DNA from: Nitrospirales bacterium
Lineage (GTDB): Bacteria > Nitrospirota > Nitrospiria > Nitrospirales > UBA8639
Reading direction: 5' to 3'
Length of the DNA stretch: 64,000 nt
NCBI GenBank assembly: GCA_965203295.1
Contig: CBDBCZ010000008.1
Span: forward strand, 96,001-160,000
Below are positions 48,790 to 63,700 of the stretch, piece after piece. Below the pieces are notes generated by a model. It ran no database searches and was not told the origin of the DNA. It was given only the letters and a program-made list of their open reading frames with translations. Within the stretch, counting starts at the first letter, position 1, and every line of letters begins with the position of its first letter. Both the position numbers and the translations under genes were made by a program.

Positions 48790-51700
48790 AATTTTTGTTC
48801 CCCGGGGAACGAAATTTCACGATGGATCAGCCGGGAATTTTTGTTCCCCGGGGAACGCAATTTTTCGGTGGATCAGCCGGTAATTTTAGTTCCCCGGGGA
48901 ACGGAATTTCACGATGGATCTGTTGGAAATTTTCGTTCCCCGGGGAACGGAATTTTTCGGTGAATCAGCCAGGAATTTTTGTTCACCGGAGAACGAAATT
49001 TCACGGCGGATCAGCCGGGAATTTTTGTTCCCCGGGGAACGGAATTTTTCGGTGAATCAGCCGGTAATTTTTGTTCCCCGGGGAACGAAATTTCACGGTG
49101 GATCTGTTGGAAATTTTCGTTCCCCGGGGAACGGAATTTTTCGGTTGAATCAGCCGGTAATTTTCGTTCCCCGGGGAACAAAATTTCACGGTGGACCTGT
49201 TGGAAATTTTCGTTCCCCGGGGAACGAAATTTCACGGTGGATCTGTTGGAAATTTTCGTTCCCCGGGTAACGAAATTTCACGGTGGATCAGTTGGAAATT
49301 TTCGTTCCCCGGGAACGGAATTTTTCGGTTTAATCAGCCGGTAATTTTCGTTCCCCGGGGAACGAAATTTCACGGTGGATCTGTTGGAAATTTTCGTTCC
49401 CCGGGGAACGGAATTTTTCGGTTGAATCAGCCGGTAATTTTCGTTCCCCGGGGAATGAAATTTCACGGTGGATCTGTTGGAAATTTTCGTTCCCCGGGAA
49501 CGAAATTTCACGGTGGATCAGTTGGTAATTTTCGTTCCCCGGGGAACGAAATTTTACGGTGGATCTGTTGAAAATTTTCGTTCCCCGGGGAACGGAATTT
49601 CTCGGTGGATCAGCCGGGAATTTTCGTTCCCCGGGGAACGAAATTTCACGGTGGATCAGTTGGTAATTTTCGTTTCCCGGGGAACGAAATTTCACGGTGG
49701 ATCTGTTGAAAATTTTCGTTCCCCAGGGAACGAAATTTCACGGTGGATCTGTTGGAAATTTTCGTTCCCCGGGGAACGAAATTTCACGGTGGATCTGTTG
49801 GAAATTTTCGTTCCCCGGGGAACGGAATTTTTCGGTGGATCAGCCGGAAATTTTCGTTCCCCGGGGAACTAAATTTCACGGTGGATCTGTTGGAAATTTT
49901 CGTTCCCCGGGGAACAAAATTTCACGGTGGATCTGTTAAAAATTTTCGTTCCCCGGGGAACAGAATTTTTCGATGGATCAGCCGGGAATTTTCGTTCCCC
50001 GGGGAACGAAATTTCACGGTGGATCAGTTGGTAATTTTCGTTTCCCGGGGAACGAAATTTCACGGTGGATCTGTTGAAAATTTTCGTTCCCCAGGGAACG
50101 AAATTTCACGGTGGATCAGTTGGTAATTTTCGTTTCCCGGGGAACGAAATTTCACGGTGGATCTGTTGAAAATTTTCGTTCCCCGGAGAACGAAATTTCA
50201 CGGTGGATCTGTTGGAAATTTTCGTTCCCCGGGGAACGAAATTTCACGGTGGATCTGTTAAAAATTTTCGTTCCCCAGAAAACAGAATTTTTCGGTGGAT
50301 CAGCCGGGAATTTTCGTTCCCCGGGGAACGAAATTTCACGGTGGATCTGTTGGAAATTTTCGTTCCCCGGAGAACGAAATTTCACGGTGGATCTGTTGAA
50401 AATTTTCGTTCCCCAGGGAACGAAATTTCACGGTGGATCAGTTGGTAATTTTCGTTTCCCGGGGAACGAAATTTCACGGTGGATCTGTTGAAAATTTTCG
50501 TTCCCCGGAGAACGAAATTTCACGGTGGATCTGTTGGAAATTTTCGTTCCCCGGGGAACGAAATTTCACGGTGGATCTGTTAAAAATTTTCGTTCCCCAG
50601 AAAACAGAATTTTTCGGTGGATCAGCCGGGAATTTTCGTTCCCCGGGGAACGAAATTTCACGGTGGATCTGTTGGAAATTTTCGTTCCCCGGAGGACGAA
50701 ATTTCACGGTGGATCTGTTGGAAATTTTCGTTCCCTGGGGAACGGAATTTTTTGGTGGATCAGCCGGGAATTTTCGTTCCCCGGGGAACGAAATTTCACG
50801 GTGGATCTGTTGGAAATTTTCGTTCCCCGGGGAACAAAATTTCACGGTGGATCTGTTAAAAATTTTCGTTCCCCGGGGAACAGAATTTTTCGATGGATCA
50901 GCCGGGAATTTTCGTTCCCCGGGGAACGAAATTTCACGGTGGATCAGTTGGTAATTTTCGTTTCCCGGGGAACGAAATTTCACGGTGGATCTGTTGAAAA
51001 TTTTCGTTCCCCAGGGAACGAAATTTCACGGTGGATCAGTTGGTAATTTTCGTTTCCCGGGGAACGAAATTTCACGGTGGATCTGTTGAAAATTTTCGTT
51101 CCCCGGAGAACGAAATTTCACGGTGGATCTGTTGGAAATTTTCGTTCCCCGGGGAACGAAATTTCACGGTGGATCTGTTAAAAATTTTCGTTCCCCAGAA
51201 AACAGAATTTTTCGGTGGATCAGCCGGGAATTTTCGTTCCCCGGGGAACGAAATTTCACGGTGGATCTGTTGGAAATTTTCGTTCCCCGGAGAACGAAAT
51301 TTCACGGTGGATCTGTTGGAAATTTTCGTTCCCTGGGGAACGGAATTTTTTGGTGGATCAGCCGGGAATTTTCGTTCCCCGGGGAACGAAATTTCACGGT
51401 GGATCTGTTGGAAATTTTCATTCCCCGGGGAACGGAATTTTTCGGTGGTTCAGCCGGGAATTTTCGTTCCCCGGGGAACGAAATTTCACGGTGGATCAGT
51501 TGGAAATTTTCGTTCCCCGGGGAACAAAATTTCACGGTGGATCTGTTGGAAATTTTCGTTCCCCGGGGAACGGAATTTTTCGGTGGATCAGCCGGGAATT
51601 TTCGTTCCCCGGGGAACGAAATTTCACGGTGGATCTGTTGGAAATTTTCGTTCCCCGGAGAACGAAATTTCACGGTGGATCTGTTGGAAATTTTCGTTCC

Positions 51701-54700
51701 CCGGGGAACAAAATTTCACGGTGGATCTGTTAAAAATTTTCGTTCCCCGGGGAACAGAATTTTTCGGTGGATCAGCCGGGAATTTTCGTTCCCCGGGGAA
51801 CGAAATTTCACGGTGGATCTGTTGGAAATTTTCGTTCCCCGGAGAACGAAATTTCATGGTGGATCTGTTGGAAATTTTCGTTCCCCGGGGAACGGAATTT
51901 TTCGGTGGATCAGCCGGGAATTTTCGTTCCCCGGGGAACGAAATTTCACGGTGGATCAGTTGGAAATTTTCGTTCCCCGGGGAACGGAATTTTTCGGTTG
52001 AATCAGCCAGTAATTTTCGTTCCCCGGAGAACGAAATTTCACGGTGGATCTGTTGGAATTTTTCGTTCCCCGGGGAACGTTTTTCGGTGAATCAGCCGGG
52101 AATTTTCGTTCCCCGGGGAACGAAATTTCACGGTGGATCTGTTGGAAATTTTCGTTCCCCGGGGAACAAAATTTCACGGTGGATCTGTTGGAAATTTTCG
52201 TTCCCCGGGGAACGGAATTTTTCGGTGGATCAGCCGGGAATTTTCGTTCCCCGGGGAACGAAATTTCACGGTGGATCTGTTGGAAATTTTCGTTCCCCGG
52301 AGAACGAAATTTCACGGTGGATCTGTTGGAAATTTTCGTTCCCCGGGGAACAAAATTTCACGGTGGATCTGTTAAAAATTTTCGTTCCCCGGGGAACAGA
52401 ATTTTTCGGTGGATCAGCCGGGAATTTTCGTTCCCCGGGGAACGAAATTTCACGGTGGATCTGTTGGAAATTTTCGTTCCCCGGAGAACGAAATTTCATG
52501 GTGGATCTGTTGGAAATTTTCGTTCCCCGGGGAACGGAATTTTTCGGTGGATCAGCCGGGAATTTTCGTTCCCCGGGGAACGAAATTTCACGGTGGATCA
52601 GTTGGAAATTTTCGTTCCCCGGGGAACGGAATTTTTCGGTTGAATCAGCCAGTAATTTTCGTTCCCCGGAGAACGAAATTTCACGGTGGATCTGTTGGAA
52701 TTTTTCGTTCCCCGGGGAACGTTTTTCGGTGAATCAGCCGGGAATTTTCGTTCCCCGGGGAACGAAATTTCACGGTGGATCTGTTGGAAATTTTCGTTCC
52801 CCGGGGAACGGAATTTTTCGGTGGATCAGCCGGAAATTTTCATTCCCCGGGGAACGAAATTTCACGGTGGATCTGTTGGAAATTTTCGTTCCCCGGGGAA
52901 CAAAATTTCACGGTGGATCTGTTAAAAATTTTCGTTCCCCGGGGAACAGAATTTTTCGGTGGATCAACCGGGAATTTTCGTTCCCCGGGGAACGAAATTT
53001 CACGGTGGATCTGTTGGAAATTTTCGTTCCCCGGAGAACGAAATTTCACGGTGGATCTGTTGGAAATTTTCGTTCCCCGGGGAACAAAATTTCACGGTGG
53101 ATCTGTTAAAAATTTTCGTTCCCCGGGGAACAGAATTTTTCGGTGGATCAGCCGGGAATTTTCGTTCCCCGGGGAACGAAATTTCACGGTGGATCTGTTG
53201 GAAATTTTCGTTCCCCGGAGAAAGAAATTTCATGGTGGATCTGTTGGAAATTTTCGTTCCCCGGGGAACGGAATTTTTCGGTGAATCAGCAGGGAATTTT
53301 CGTTCCCCGGGGAACGAAATTTCACGGTGGATCTGTTGGAAATTTTCGTTCCCCGGAGAACGAAATTTCACGGTGGATCTGTTGGAAATTTTCGTTCCCC
53401 GGGGAACAAAATTTCACGGTGGATCTGTTAAAAATTTTCGTTCCCCGGGGAACAGAATTTTTCGGTGGATCAGCCGGGAATTTTCGTTCCCCGGGGAACG
53501 AAATTTCACGGTGGATCTGTTGGAAATTTTCGTTCCCCGGAGAAAGAAATTTCATGGTGGATCTGTTGGAAATTTTCGTTCCCCGGGGAACGGAATTTTT
53601 CGGTGAATCAGCAGGGAATTTTCGTTCCCCGGGGAACGAAATTTCACGGTGGATCTGTTGGAAATTTTCGTTCCCCGGGGAACAGAATTTTTCGGTTGAA
53701 TCAGCCAGTAATTTTCGTTCCTCGGGGAACGAAATTTCACGGTGGATCTGTTGGAATTTTTCGTTCCCCGGGGAACGTTTTTCGGTGAATCAGCCGGGAA
53801 TTTTCGTTCCCCGGGGAACGAAATTTCACGGTGGATAAGTTGGAAATTTTCGTTCCCCAGGGAACGGAATTTTTCGGTTGAATCAGCCGGTAATTTTCGT
53901 TCCCCGGGGAACAAAATTTCACGGTGGATCAGTTGGAAATTTTCGTTCCCCGGGGAACGAAATTTCATGGTGGATCAGTTGGAAATTTTCGTTCCCCGGG
54001 AACGGAATTTTTCGGTTGAATCAGCCGGTAATTTTCGTTCCCCGGGGAACGAAATTTCACGGTGGATCTGTTGGAAATTTTCGTTCCCCGGGGAATGGAA
54101 TTTTTCGGTTGAATCAGCTGGTAATTTTCGTTCCCTGGGGAACGAAATTTCACGGTGGATCTGTTGGAAATTTTCGTTCCCCGGGGAACGAAATTTCACG
54201 GTGGATCTGTTAAAAATTTTCGTTCCCCGGAGAACGAAATTTCATGGTGGATCTGTTGGAAATTTTCGTTCCCCGAGGAACGGAATTTTTCGGTGGATCA
54301 GCCGGGAATTTTCGTTTCCCGGGGAACGAAATTTCACGGTGGATCTGTTGGAAATTTTCGTTCCCCGGGGAACGGAATTTCACGGTGGATCAGTTGGAAA
54401 TTTTCGTTCCCCGGGGAACAAAATTTCACGGTGGATCTGTTGGAAATTTTCGTTCCCCGGGGAACGGAATTTTTCGGTGGATCAGCCGGGAATTTTCGTT
54501 CCCCGGGGAACGAAATTTCACTGTGGATCTGTTGGAAATTTTCGTTCCCCGGGGAACGGAATTTTTCGGTTGAATCAGCCGGTAATTTTCGTTCCCTGGG
54601 GAACGAAATTTCACGGTGGATCTGTTGGAAATTTTCGTTCCCCGGGGAACGAAATTTCACGGTGGATCTGTTAAAAATTTTCATTCCCCGGGGAACAGAA

Positions 54701-57700
54701 TTTTTCGGTGGATCAGCCGGGAATTTTCGTTCCCCGGGGAACGAAATTTCACGGTGGATCTGTTGGAAATTTTCATTCCCCGGGGAACAGAATTTTTCGG
54801 TGGTTCAGCCGGGAATTTTCGTTCCACCATGAAATTTCGATCCACCATGAAATTTCGTTCCCCGGGGAACGAAATTTCATGGTGGATCAGTTGGAAATTT
54901 TCGTTCCCCGGGAACGAAATTTTTCCGTTGAATCAGCCGGTAATTTTCGTTCCCCGGGGAACGAAATTTCACGGTGGATCTGTTGGAAATTTTCGTTCCC
55001 CGGGGAACGGAATTTTTCGGTTGAATCAGCCGGTAATTTTCGTTCCCTGGGGAACGAAATTTCACGGTGGATCTGTTGGAAATTTTCGTTCACCGGGGAA
55101 CGAAATTTCACGGTGGATCTGTTAAAAATTTTTCGTTTCCCGGGGAACAGAATTTTTCGGTGGATCAGCCGGGAATTTTCGTTCCCCGGGGAACGAAATT
55201 TCACGGTGGATCTGTTGGAAATTTTCATTCCCCGGGGAACGGAATTTTTCGGTGGTTCAGCCGGGAATTTTCGTTCCCCGGGGAACGCAATTTCACGGTG
55301 GATCAGTTGGAAATTTTCGTTCCCCGGGGAACAAAATTTCACGGTGGATCTGTTGGAAATTTTCGTTCCCCGGGGAACGGAATTTTTCGGTGGTTCAGCC
55401 GGGAATTTTCGTTCCCCGGGGAACGAAATTTCACGGTGGATCAGTTGGAAATTTTCGTTCCCCGGGGAACAAAATTTCACGGTGGATCTGTTGGAAATTT
55501 TCGTTCCCCGGGGAACGGAATTTTTCGGTGGATCAGCCGGGAATTTTCGTTCCCCGGGGAACGAAATTTCACTGTTGATCTGTTGGAAATTTTCGTTCCC
55601 CGGGGAACGGAATTTTTCGGTGGATCAGCCGGGAATTTTCGTTCCCCGGGGAACGAAATTTCACTGTGGATCTGTTGGAAATTTTCGTTCCCCGGGGAAC
55701 GGAATTTTTCGGTTGAATCAGCCGGTAATTTTCGTTCCCTGGGGAACGAAATTTCACGGTGGATCTGTTGGAAATTTTCGTTCCCCGGGGAACGAAATTT
55801 CACGGTGGATCTGTTGGAAATTTTCGTTCCCCGGGGAACGAAATTTCACGGTGGATCTGTTAAAAATTTTCGTTCCCCAGAAAACAGAATTTTTCGGTGG
55901 ATCAGCCGGGAATTTTCGTTCCCCGGGGAACGAAATTTCACGGTGGATCTGTTGGAAATTTTCGTTCCCCGGAGGACGAAATTTCACGGTGGATCTGTTG
56001 GAAATTTTCGTTCCCTGGGGAACGGAATTTTTTGGTGGATCAGCCGGGAATTTTCGTTCCCCGGGGAACGAAATTTCACGGTGGATCTGTTGGAAATTTT
56101 CGTTCCCCGGGGAACAAAATTTCACGGTGGATCTGTTAAAAATTTTCGTTCCCCGGGGAACAGAATTTTTCGATGGATCAGCCGGGAATTTTCGTTCCCC
56201 GGGGAACGAAATTTCACGGTGGATCAGTTGGTAATTTTCGTTTCCCGGGGAACGAAATTTCACGGTGGATCTGTTGAAAATTTTCGTTCCCCAGGGAACG
56301 AAATTTCACGGTGGATCAGTTGGTAATTTTCGTTTCCCGGGGAACGAAATTTCACGGTGGATCTGTTGAAAATTTTCGTTCCCCGGAGAACGAAATTTCA
56401 CGGTGGATCTGTTGGAAATTTTCGTTCCCCGGGGAACGAAATTTCACGGTGGATCTGTTAAAAATTTTCGTTCCCCAGAAAACAGAATTTTTCGGTGGAT
56501 CAGCCGGGAATTTTCGTTCCCCGGGGAACGAAATTTCACGGTGGATCTGTTGGAAATTTTCGTTCCCCGGAGAACGAAATTTCACGGTGGATCTGTTGGA
56601 AATTTTCGTTCCCTGGGGAACGGAATTTTTTGGTGGATCAGCCGGGAATTTTCGTTCCCCGGGGAACGAAATTTCACGGTGGATCTGTTGGAAATTTTCA
56701 TTCCCCGGGGAACGGAATTTTTCGGTGGTTCAGCCGGGAATTTTCGTTCCCCGGGGAACGAAATTTCACGGTGGATCAGTTGGAAATTTTCGTTCCCCGG
56801 GGAACAAAATTTCACGGTGGATCTGTTGGAAATTTTCGTTCCCCGGGGAACGGAATTTTTCGGTGGATCAGCCGGGAATTTTCGTTCCCCGGGGAACGAA
56901 ATTTCACGGTGGATCTGTTGGAAATTTTCGTTCCCCGGAGAACGAAATTTCACGGTGGATCTGTTGGAAATTTTCGTTCCCCGGGGAACAAAATTTCACG
57001 GTGGATCTGTTAAAAATTTTCGTTCCCCGGGGAACAGAATTTTTCGGTGGATCAGCCGGGAATTTTCGTTCCCCGGGGAACGAAATTTCACGGTGGATCT
57101 GTTGGAAATTTTCGTTCCCCGGAGAACGAAATTTCATGGTGGATCTGTTGGAAATTTTCGTTCCCCGGGGAACGGAATTTTTCGGTGGATCAGCCGGGAA
57201 TTTTCGTTCCCCGGGGAACGAAATTTCACGGTGGATCAGTTGGAAATTTTCGTTCCCCGGGGAACGGAATTTTTCGGTTGAATCAGCCAGTAATTTTCGT
57301 TCCCCGGAGAACGAAATTTCACGGTGGATCTGTTGGAATTTTTCGTTCCCCGGGGAACGTTTTTCGGTGAATCAGCCGGGAATTTTCGTTCCCCGGGGAA
57401 CGAAATTTCACGGTGGATCTGTTGGAAATTTTCGTTCCCCGGGGAACAAAATTTTCGGTGGATCAGCCGGGAATTTTCGTTCCCCGGGGAACGAAATTTC
57501 ACGGTGGATCTGTTGGAAATTTTCGTTCCCCGGGGAACGGAATTTTTCGGTGGATCAGCCGGGAATTTTCGTTCCCCGGGGAACGAAATTTCACGGTGGA
57601 TCTGTTGGAAATTTTCGTTCCCCGGAGAACGAAATTTCACGGTGGATCTGTTGGAAATTGGATCTGTTGGAAATTTTCGTTCCCCGGGGAACAAAATTTC

Positions 57701-60700
57701 ACGGTGGATCTGTTAAAAATTTTCGTTCCCCGGGGAACAGAATTTTTCGGTGGATCAGCCGGGAATTTTCGTTCCCCGGGGAACGAAATTTCACGGTGGA
57801 TCTGTTGGAAATTTTTCGTTCCCCGGAGAACGAAATTTCATGGTGGATCTGTTGGAAATTTTCGTTCCCCGGGGAACGGAATTTTTCGGTGGATCAGCCG
57901 GGAATTTTCGTTCCCCGGGGAACGAAATTTCACGGTGGATCAGTTGGAAATTTTCGTTCCCCGGGGAACGGAATTTTTCGTTGGAATTTTTCGTTGAATT
58001 TCACGGTGGATCAGCCAGTAATTTTCGTTCCCCGGAGAACGAAATTTCACGGTGGATCTGTTGGAATTTTTCGTTCCCCGGGGAACGTTTTTCGGTGAAT
58101 CAGCCGGGAATTTTCGTTCCCCGGGGAACGAAATTTCACGGTGGATCTGTTCCCCGGGGAAATTTTCGTTCCCCGGGGAACGGAATTTTTCGGTGGATCA
58201 GCCGGAAATTTTCATTCCCCGGGGAACGAAATTTCACGGTGGATCTGTTGGAAATTTTCGTTCCCCGGGGAACAAAATTTCACGGTGGATCTGTTAAAAA
58301 TTTTCGTTCCCCGGGGAACAGAATTTTTCCCCGGTGGATCAACCGGGAATTTTCGTTCCCCGGGGAACGAAATTTCACGGTGGATCTGTTGGAAATTTTC
58401 GTTCCCCGGAGAACGAAATTTCACGGTGGATCTGTTGGAAATTTTCGTTCCCCGGGGAACAAAATTTCACGGTGGATCTGTTAAAAATTTTCGTTCCCGG
58501 GGAACAGAATTTTTCGGTGGATCAGCCGGGAATTTTCGTTCCCCGGGGAACGAAATTTCACGGTGGATCTGTTGGAAATTTTCGTTCCCCGGAGAAAGAA
58601 ATTTCATGGTGGATCTGTTGGAAATTTTCGTTCCCCGGGGAACGGAATTTTTCGGTGAATCAGCAGGGAATTTTCGTTCCGGGAAATTTTCGTTCCCCGG
58701 GGAACGAAATTTCACGGTGGATCTGTTGGAAATTTTCGTTCCCCGGAGAACGAAATTTCACGGTGGATCTGTTGGAAATTTTCGTTCCCCGGGGAACAAA
58801 ATTTCACGGTGGATCTGTTAAAAATTTTCGTTCCCCGGGGAACAGAATTTTTCGGTGGATCAGCCGGGAATTTTCGTTCCCCGGGGAACGAAATTTCACG
58901 GTGGATCTGTTGGAAATTTTCGTTCCCCGGAGAAAGAAATTTCATGGTGGATCTGTTGGAAATTTTCGTTCCCCGGGGAACGGAATTTTTCGGTGAATCA
59001 GCAGGGAATTTTCGTTCCCCGGGGAACGAAATTTCACGGTGGATCTGTTGGAAATTTTCGTTCCCCGGGGAACAGAATTTTTCGGTGAATCAGCCAGGAA
59101 ATTTTCGTTCCCCGGGGAACGAAATTTCACGGTGGATCTGTTGGAATTTTTCGTTCCCCGGGGAACGTTTTTCGGTTGAATCAGCCGGGAATCAGTTTTC
59201 GTTCCCCGGGGAACGAAATTTCACGGTGGATAAGTTGGAAATTTTCGTTCCCCAGGGAACGGAATTTTTCGGTTGAATCAGCCGGTAATTTTCGTTCCCC
59301 GGGGAACAAAATTTCACGGTGGATCAGTTGGAAATTTTCGTTCCCCGGGGAACGAAATTTCATGGTGGATCAGTTGGAAATTTTCGTTCCCCGGGAACGG
59401 AATTTTTCGGTTGAATCAGCCGGTAATTTTCGTTCCCCGGGGAACGAAATTTCACGGTGGATCTGTTGGAAATTTTCGTTCCCCGGGGAATGGAATTTTT
59501 CGGTTGAATCAGCTGGTAATTTTCGTTCCCTGGGGAACGAAATTTCACGGTGGATCTGTTGGAAATTTTCGTTCCCCGGGGAACGAAATTTCACGGTGGA
59601 TCTGTTAAAAATTTTCGTTCCCCGGAGAACGAAATTTCATGGTGGATCTGTTGGAAATTTTCGTTCCCCGAGGAACGGAATTTTTCGGTGGATCAGCCGG
59701 GAATTTTCGTTTCCCGGGGAACGAAATTTCACGGTGGATCTGTTGGAAATTTTCGTTCCCCGGGGAACGGAATTTCACGGTGGATCAGTTGGAAATTTTC
59801 GTTCCCCGGGGAACAAAATTTCACGGTGGATCTGTTGGGAATTTTTCGGTGGATCAGCCGGGAATTTTCGTTCCCCGGGGAACGAAATTTCACTGTGGAT
59901 CTGTTGGAAATTTTCGTTCCCCGGGGAACGGAATTTTTCGGTTGAATCAGCCGGTAATTTTCGTTCCCTGGGGAACGAAATTTCACGGTGGATCTGTTGG
60001 AAATTTTCGTTCCCCGGGGAACGAAATTTCACGGTGGATCTGTTAAAAATTTTCATTCCCCGGGGAACAGAATTTTTCGGTGGATCAGCCGGGAATTTTC
60101 GTTCCCCGGGGAACGAAATTTCACGGTGGATCTGTTGGAAATTTTCATTCCCCGGGGAACAGAATTTTTCGGTGGTTCAGCCGGGAATTTTCGTTCCACC
60201 ATGAAATTTCGATCCACCATGAAATTTCGTTCCCCGGGGAACGAAATTTCATGGTGGATCAGTTGGAAATTTTCGTTCCCCGGGAACGGAATTTTTCCGT
60301 TGAATCAGCCGGTAATTTTCGTTCCCCGGGGAACGAAATTTCACGGTGGATCTGTTGGAAATTTTCGTTCCCCGGGGAACGGAATTTTTCGGTTGAATCA
60401 GCCGGTAATTTTCGTTCCCTGGGGAACGAAATTTCACGGTGGATCTGTTGGAAATTTTCGTTCACCGGGGAACGAAATTTCACGGTGGATCTGTTAAAAA
60501 TTTTTCGTTTCCCGGGGAACAGAATTTTTCGGTGGATCAGCCGGGAATTTTCGTTCCCCGGGGAACGAAATTTCACGGTGGATCTGTTGGAAATTTTCAT
60601 TCCCCGGGGAACGGAATTTTTCGGTGGTTCAGCCGGGAATTTTCGTTCCCCGGGGAACGCAATTTCACGGTGGATCAGTTGGAAATTTTCGTTCCCCGGG

Positions 60701-63700
60701 GAACAAAATTTCACGGTGGATCTGTTGGAAATTTTCGTTCCCCGGGGAACGGAATTTTTCGGTGGTTCAGCCGGGAATTTTCGTTCCCCGGGGAACGAAA
60801 TTTCACGGTGGATCAGTTGGAAATTTTCGTTCCCCGGGGAACAAAATTTCACGGTGGATCTGTTGGAAATTTTCGTTCCCCGGGGAACGGAATTTTTCGG
60901 TGGATCAGCCGGGAATTTTCGTTCCCCGGGGAACGAAATTTCACTGTGGATCTGTTGGAAATTTTCGTTCCCCGGGGAACGGAATTTTTCGGTGGATCAG
61001 CCGGGAATTTTCGTTCCCCGGGGAACGAAATTTCACTGTGGATCTGTTGGAAATTTTCGTTCCCCGGGGAACGGAATTTTTCGGTTGAATCAGCCGGTAA
61101 TTTTCGTTCCCTGGGGAACGAAATTTCACGGTGGATCTGTTGGAAATTTTCGTTCCCCGGGGAACGAAATTTCACGGTGGATCTGTTAAAAATTTTCATT
61201 CCCCGGGGAACAGAATTTTTCGGTGGATCAACCGGGAATTTTCGTTCCCCGGGGAACGAAATTTCACGGTGGATCTGTTGGAAATTTTCATTCCCCGGGG
61301 AACAGAATTTTTCGGTGGTTCAGCCGGGAATTTTCGTTCCACCATGAAATTTCGATCCACCATGAAATTTCGTTCCCCGGGGAACGAAATTTCATGGTGG
61401 ATCAGTTGGAACGGAATTTTTCGGTTGAATCAGCCGGTAATTTTCGTTCCCCGGGAAACGAAATTTCACGGTGGATCTGTTGGAAATTTTTGTTCCCCGG
61501 GGAACGGAATTTTTCGGTTGAATCAGCCGGTAATTTTCGTTCCCTGGGGAACGAAATTTCACGGTGGATCTGTTGGAAATTTTCATTCCCCGGGGAACGG
61601 AATTTTTCGGTGGTTCAGCCGGGAATTTTCGTTCCCCGGGGAACGCAATTTCACGGTGGATCAGTTGGAAATTTTCGTTCCCCGGGGAACAAAATTTCAC
61701 GGTGGATCTGTTGGAAATTTTCGTTCCCCGGGGAACGGAATTTTTCGGTGGATCAGCCGGGAATTTTCGTTCCCCGGGGAACGAAATTTCACGGTGGATC
61801 AGTTGGAAATTTTCGTTCCCCGGGGAACAGAATTTTTCGGTTGAATCAGCCAGTAATTTTCGTTCCCCGGGGAACGAAATTTCACGGTGGATCTGTTGGA
61901 ATTTTTCGTTCCCCGGGGAACGTTTTTCGGTGAATCAGCCGGGAATTTTCGTTCCCCGGGGAACGAAATTTCACGGTGGATAAGTTGGAAATTTTCGTTC
62001 CCCAGGGAACGGAATTTTTCGGTTGAATCAGCCGGTAATTTTCGTTCCCCGGGGAACAAAATTTCACGGTGGATCAGTTGGAAATTTTCGTTCCCCGGGG
62101 AACGAAATTTCATGGTGGATCAGTTGGAAATTTTCGTTCCCCGGGAACGGAATTTTTCGGTTGAATCAGCCGGTAATTTTCGTTCCCCGGGGAACGAAAT
62201 TTCACGGTGGATCTGTTGGAAATTTTCGTTCCCCGGGAACGGAATTTTTCGGTTGAATCAGCCGGTATTTTTCGTTCCCTGGGGAACGAAATTTCACGGT
62301 GGATCTGTTGGAAATTTTCGTTCCCCGGGGAACGAAATTTCACAGTGGATCTGTTAAAAATTTTCATTCCCCGGGGAACAGAATTTTTCGGTGGATCAGC
62401 CGGGAATTTTCGTTCCCCGGGGAACGAAATTTCACGGTGGATCTGTTGGAAATTTTCATTCCCCGGGGAACAGAATTTTTCGGTGGTTCAGCCGGGAATT
62501 TTCGTTCCACCATGAAATTTCGATCCACCATGAAATTTCGTTCCCCGGGGAACGAAATTTCATGGTGGATCAGTTGGAAATTTTCGTTCCCCGGGAACGG
62601 AATTTTTCGGTTGAATCAACCGGTAATTTTCGTTCCCCGGGGAACGAAATTTCACGGTGGATCTGTTGGAAATTTTCATTCCCCGGGGAACAGAATTTTT
62701 CGGTGGTTCAGCCGGGAATTTTCGTTCCACCATGAAATTTCGATCCACCATGAAATTTCGTTCCCCGGGGAACGAAATTTCATGGTGGATCAGTTGGAAA
62801 TTTTCGTTCCCCGGGAACGGAATTTTTCGGTTGAATCAACCGGTAATTTTCGTTCCCCGGGGAACGAAATTTCACGGTGGATCTGTTAAAAATTTTCGTT
62901 CCCCGGGGAACAGAATTTTTCGGTGGATCAGCCGGGAGTTTTTGTTCCCCGGGGAACGAAATTTCACGGTGGATCTGTTGGAAATTTTCATTTCCCGGGG
63001 AACAGAATTTTTCGGTGGTTCAGCCGGGAATTTTCGTTCCCCGGGGAACGAAATTTCACGGTGAATCTGTTGGAAATTTTCGTTTCCCGGAGAACGAAAT
63101 TTCACGGTGGATCTGTTGGAAATTTTCGTTCCCCGGGGAACGGAATTTTTCGGTTGAATCAGCCGGTAATTTTCGTTCCCTGGGGAACGAAATTTCACGG
63201 TGGATCTGTTGGAAATTTTCGTTCCCCGGAGAACGAAATTTCACGGTGGATCTGTTGAAAATTTTCGTTCCCCGGGGAACGGAATTTTTCGGTTGAATCA
63301 GCCGGTAATTTTCGTTCCCTGGGGAACGAAATTTCACGGTGGATCTGTTGGAAATTTTCGTTCCCCGGGGAACGAAATTTCACGGTGGATCTGTTAAAAA
63401 TTTTAGTTCCCCGGGGAACAGAATTTTTCGGTTGAATCAGCCGGTAATTTTCGTTCCCTGGGGAACGAAATTTCACGTTGGATCTGTTGGAAATTTTCGT
63501 TCCCCGGGGAACGAAATTTCACGGTGGATCTGTTGGAAATTTTCGTTCCCTGGGTAACGAAATTTCACGGTGGATCAGCTGGTAATTTTCGTTCCCCGGG
63601 GAATGAAATTTCACGGTGGATCAGCCGGTAATTTTCGTTCCCCGGGGAATGAAATTTCACGGTGGATCTGTTGGAAATTTTGTTCCCCAGGGAACGAAAT

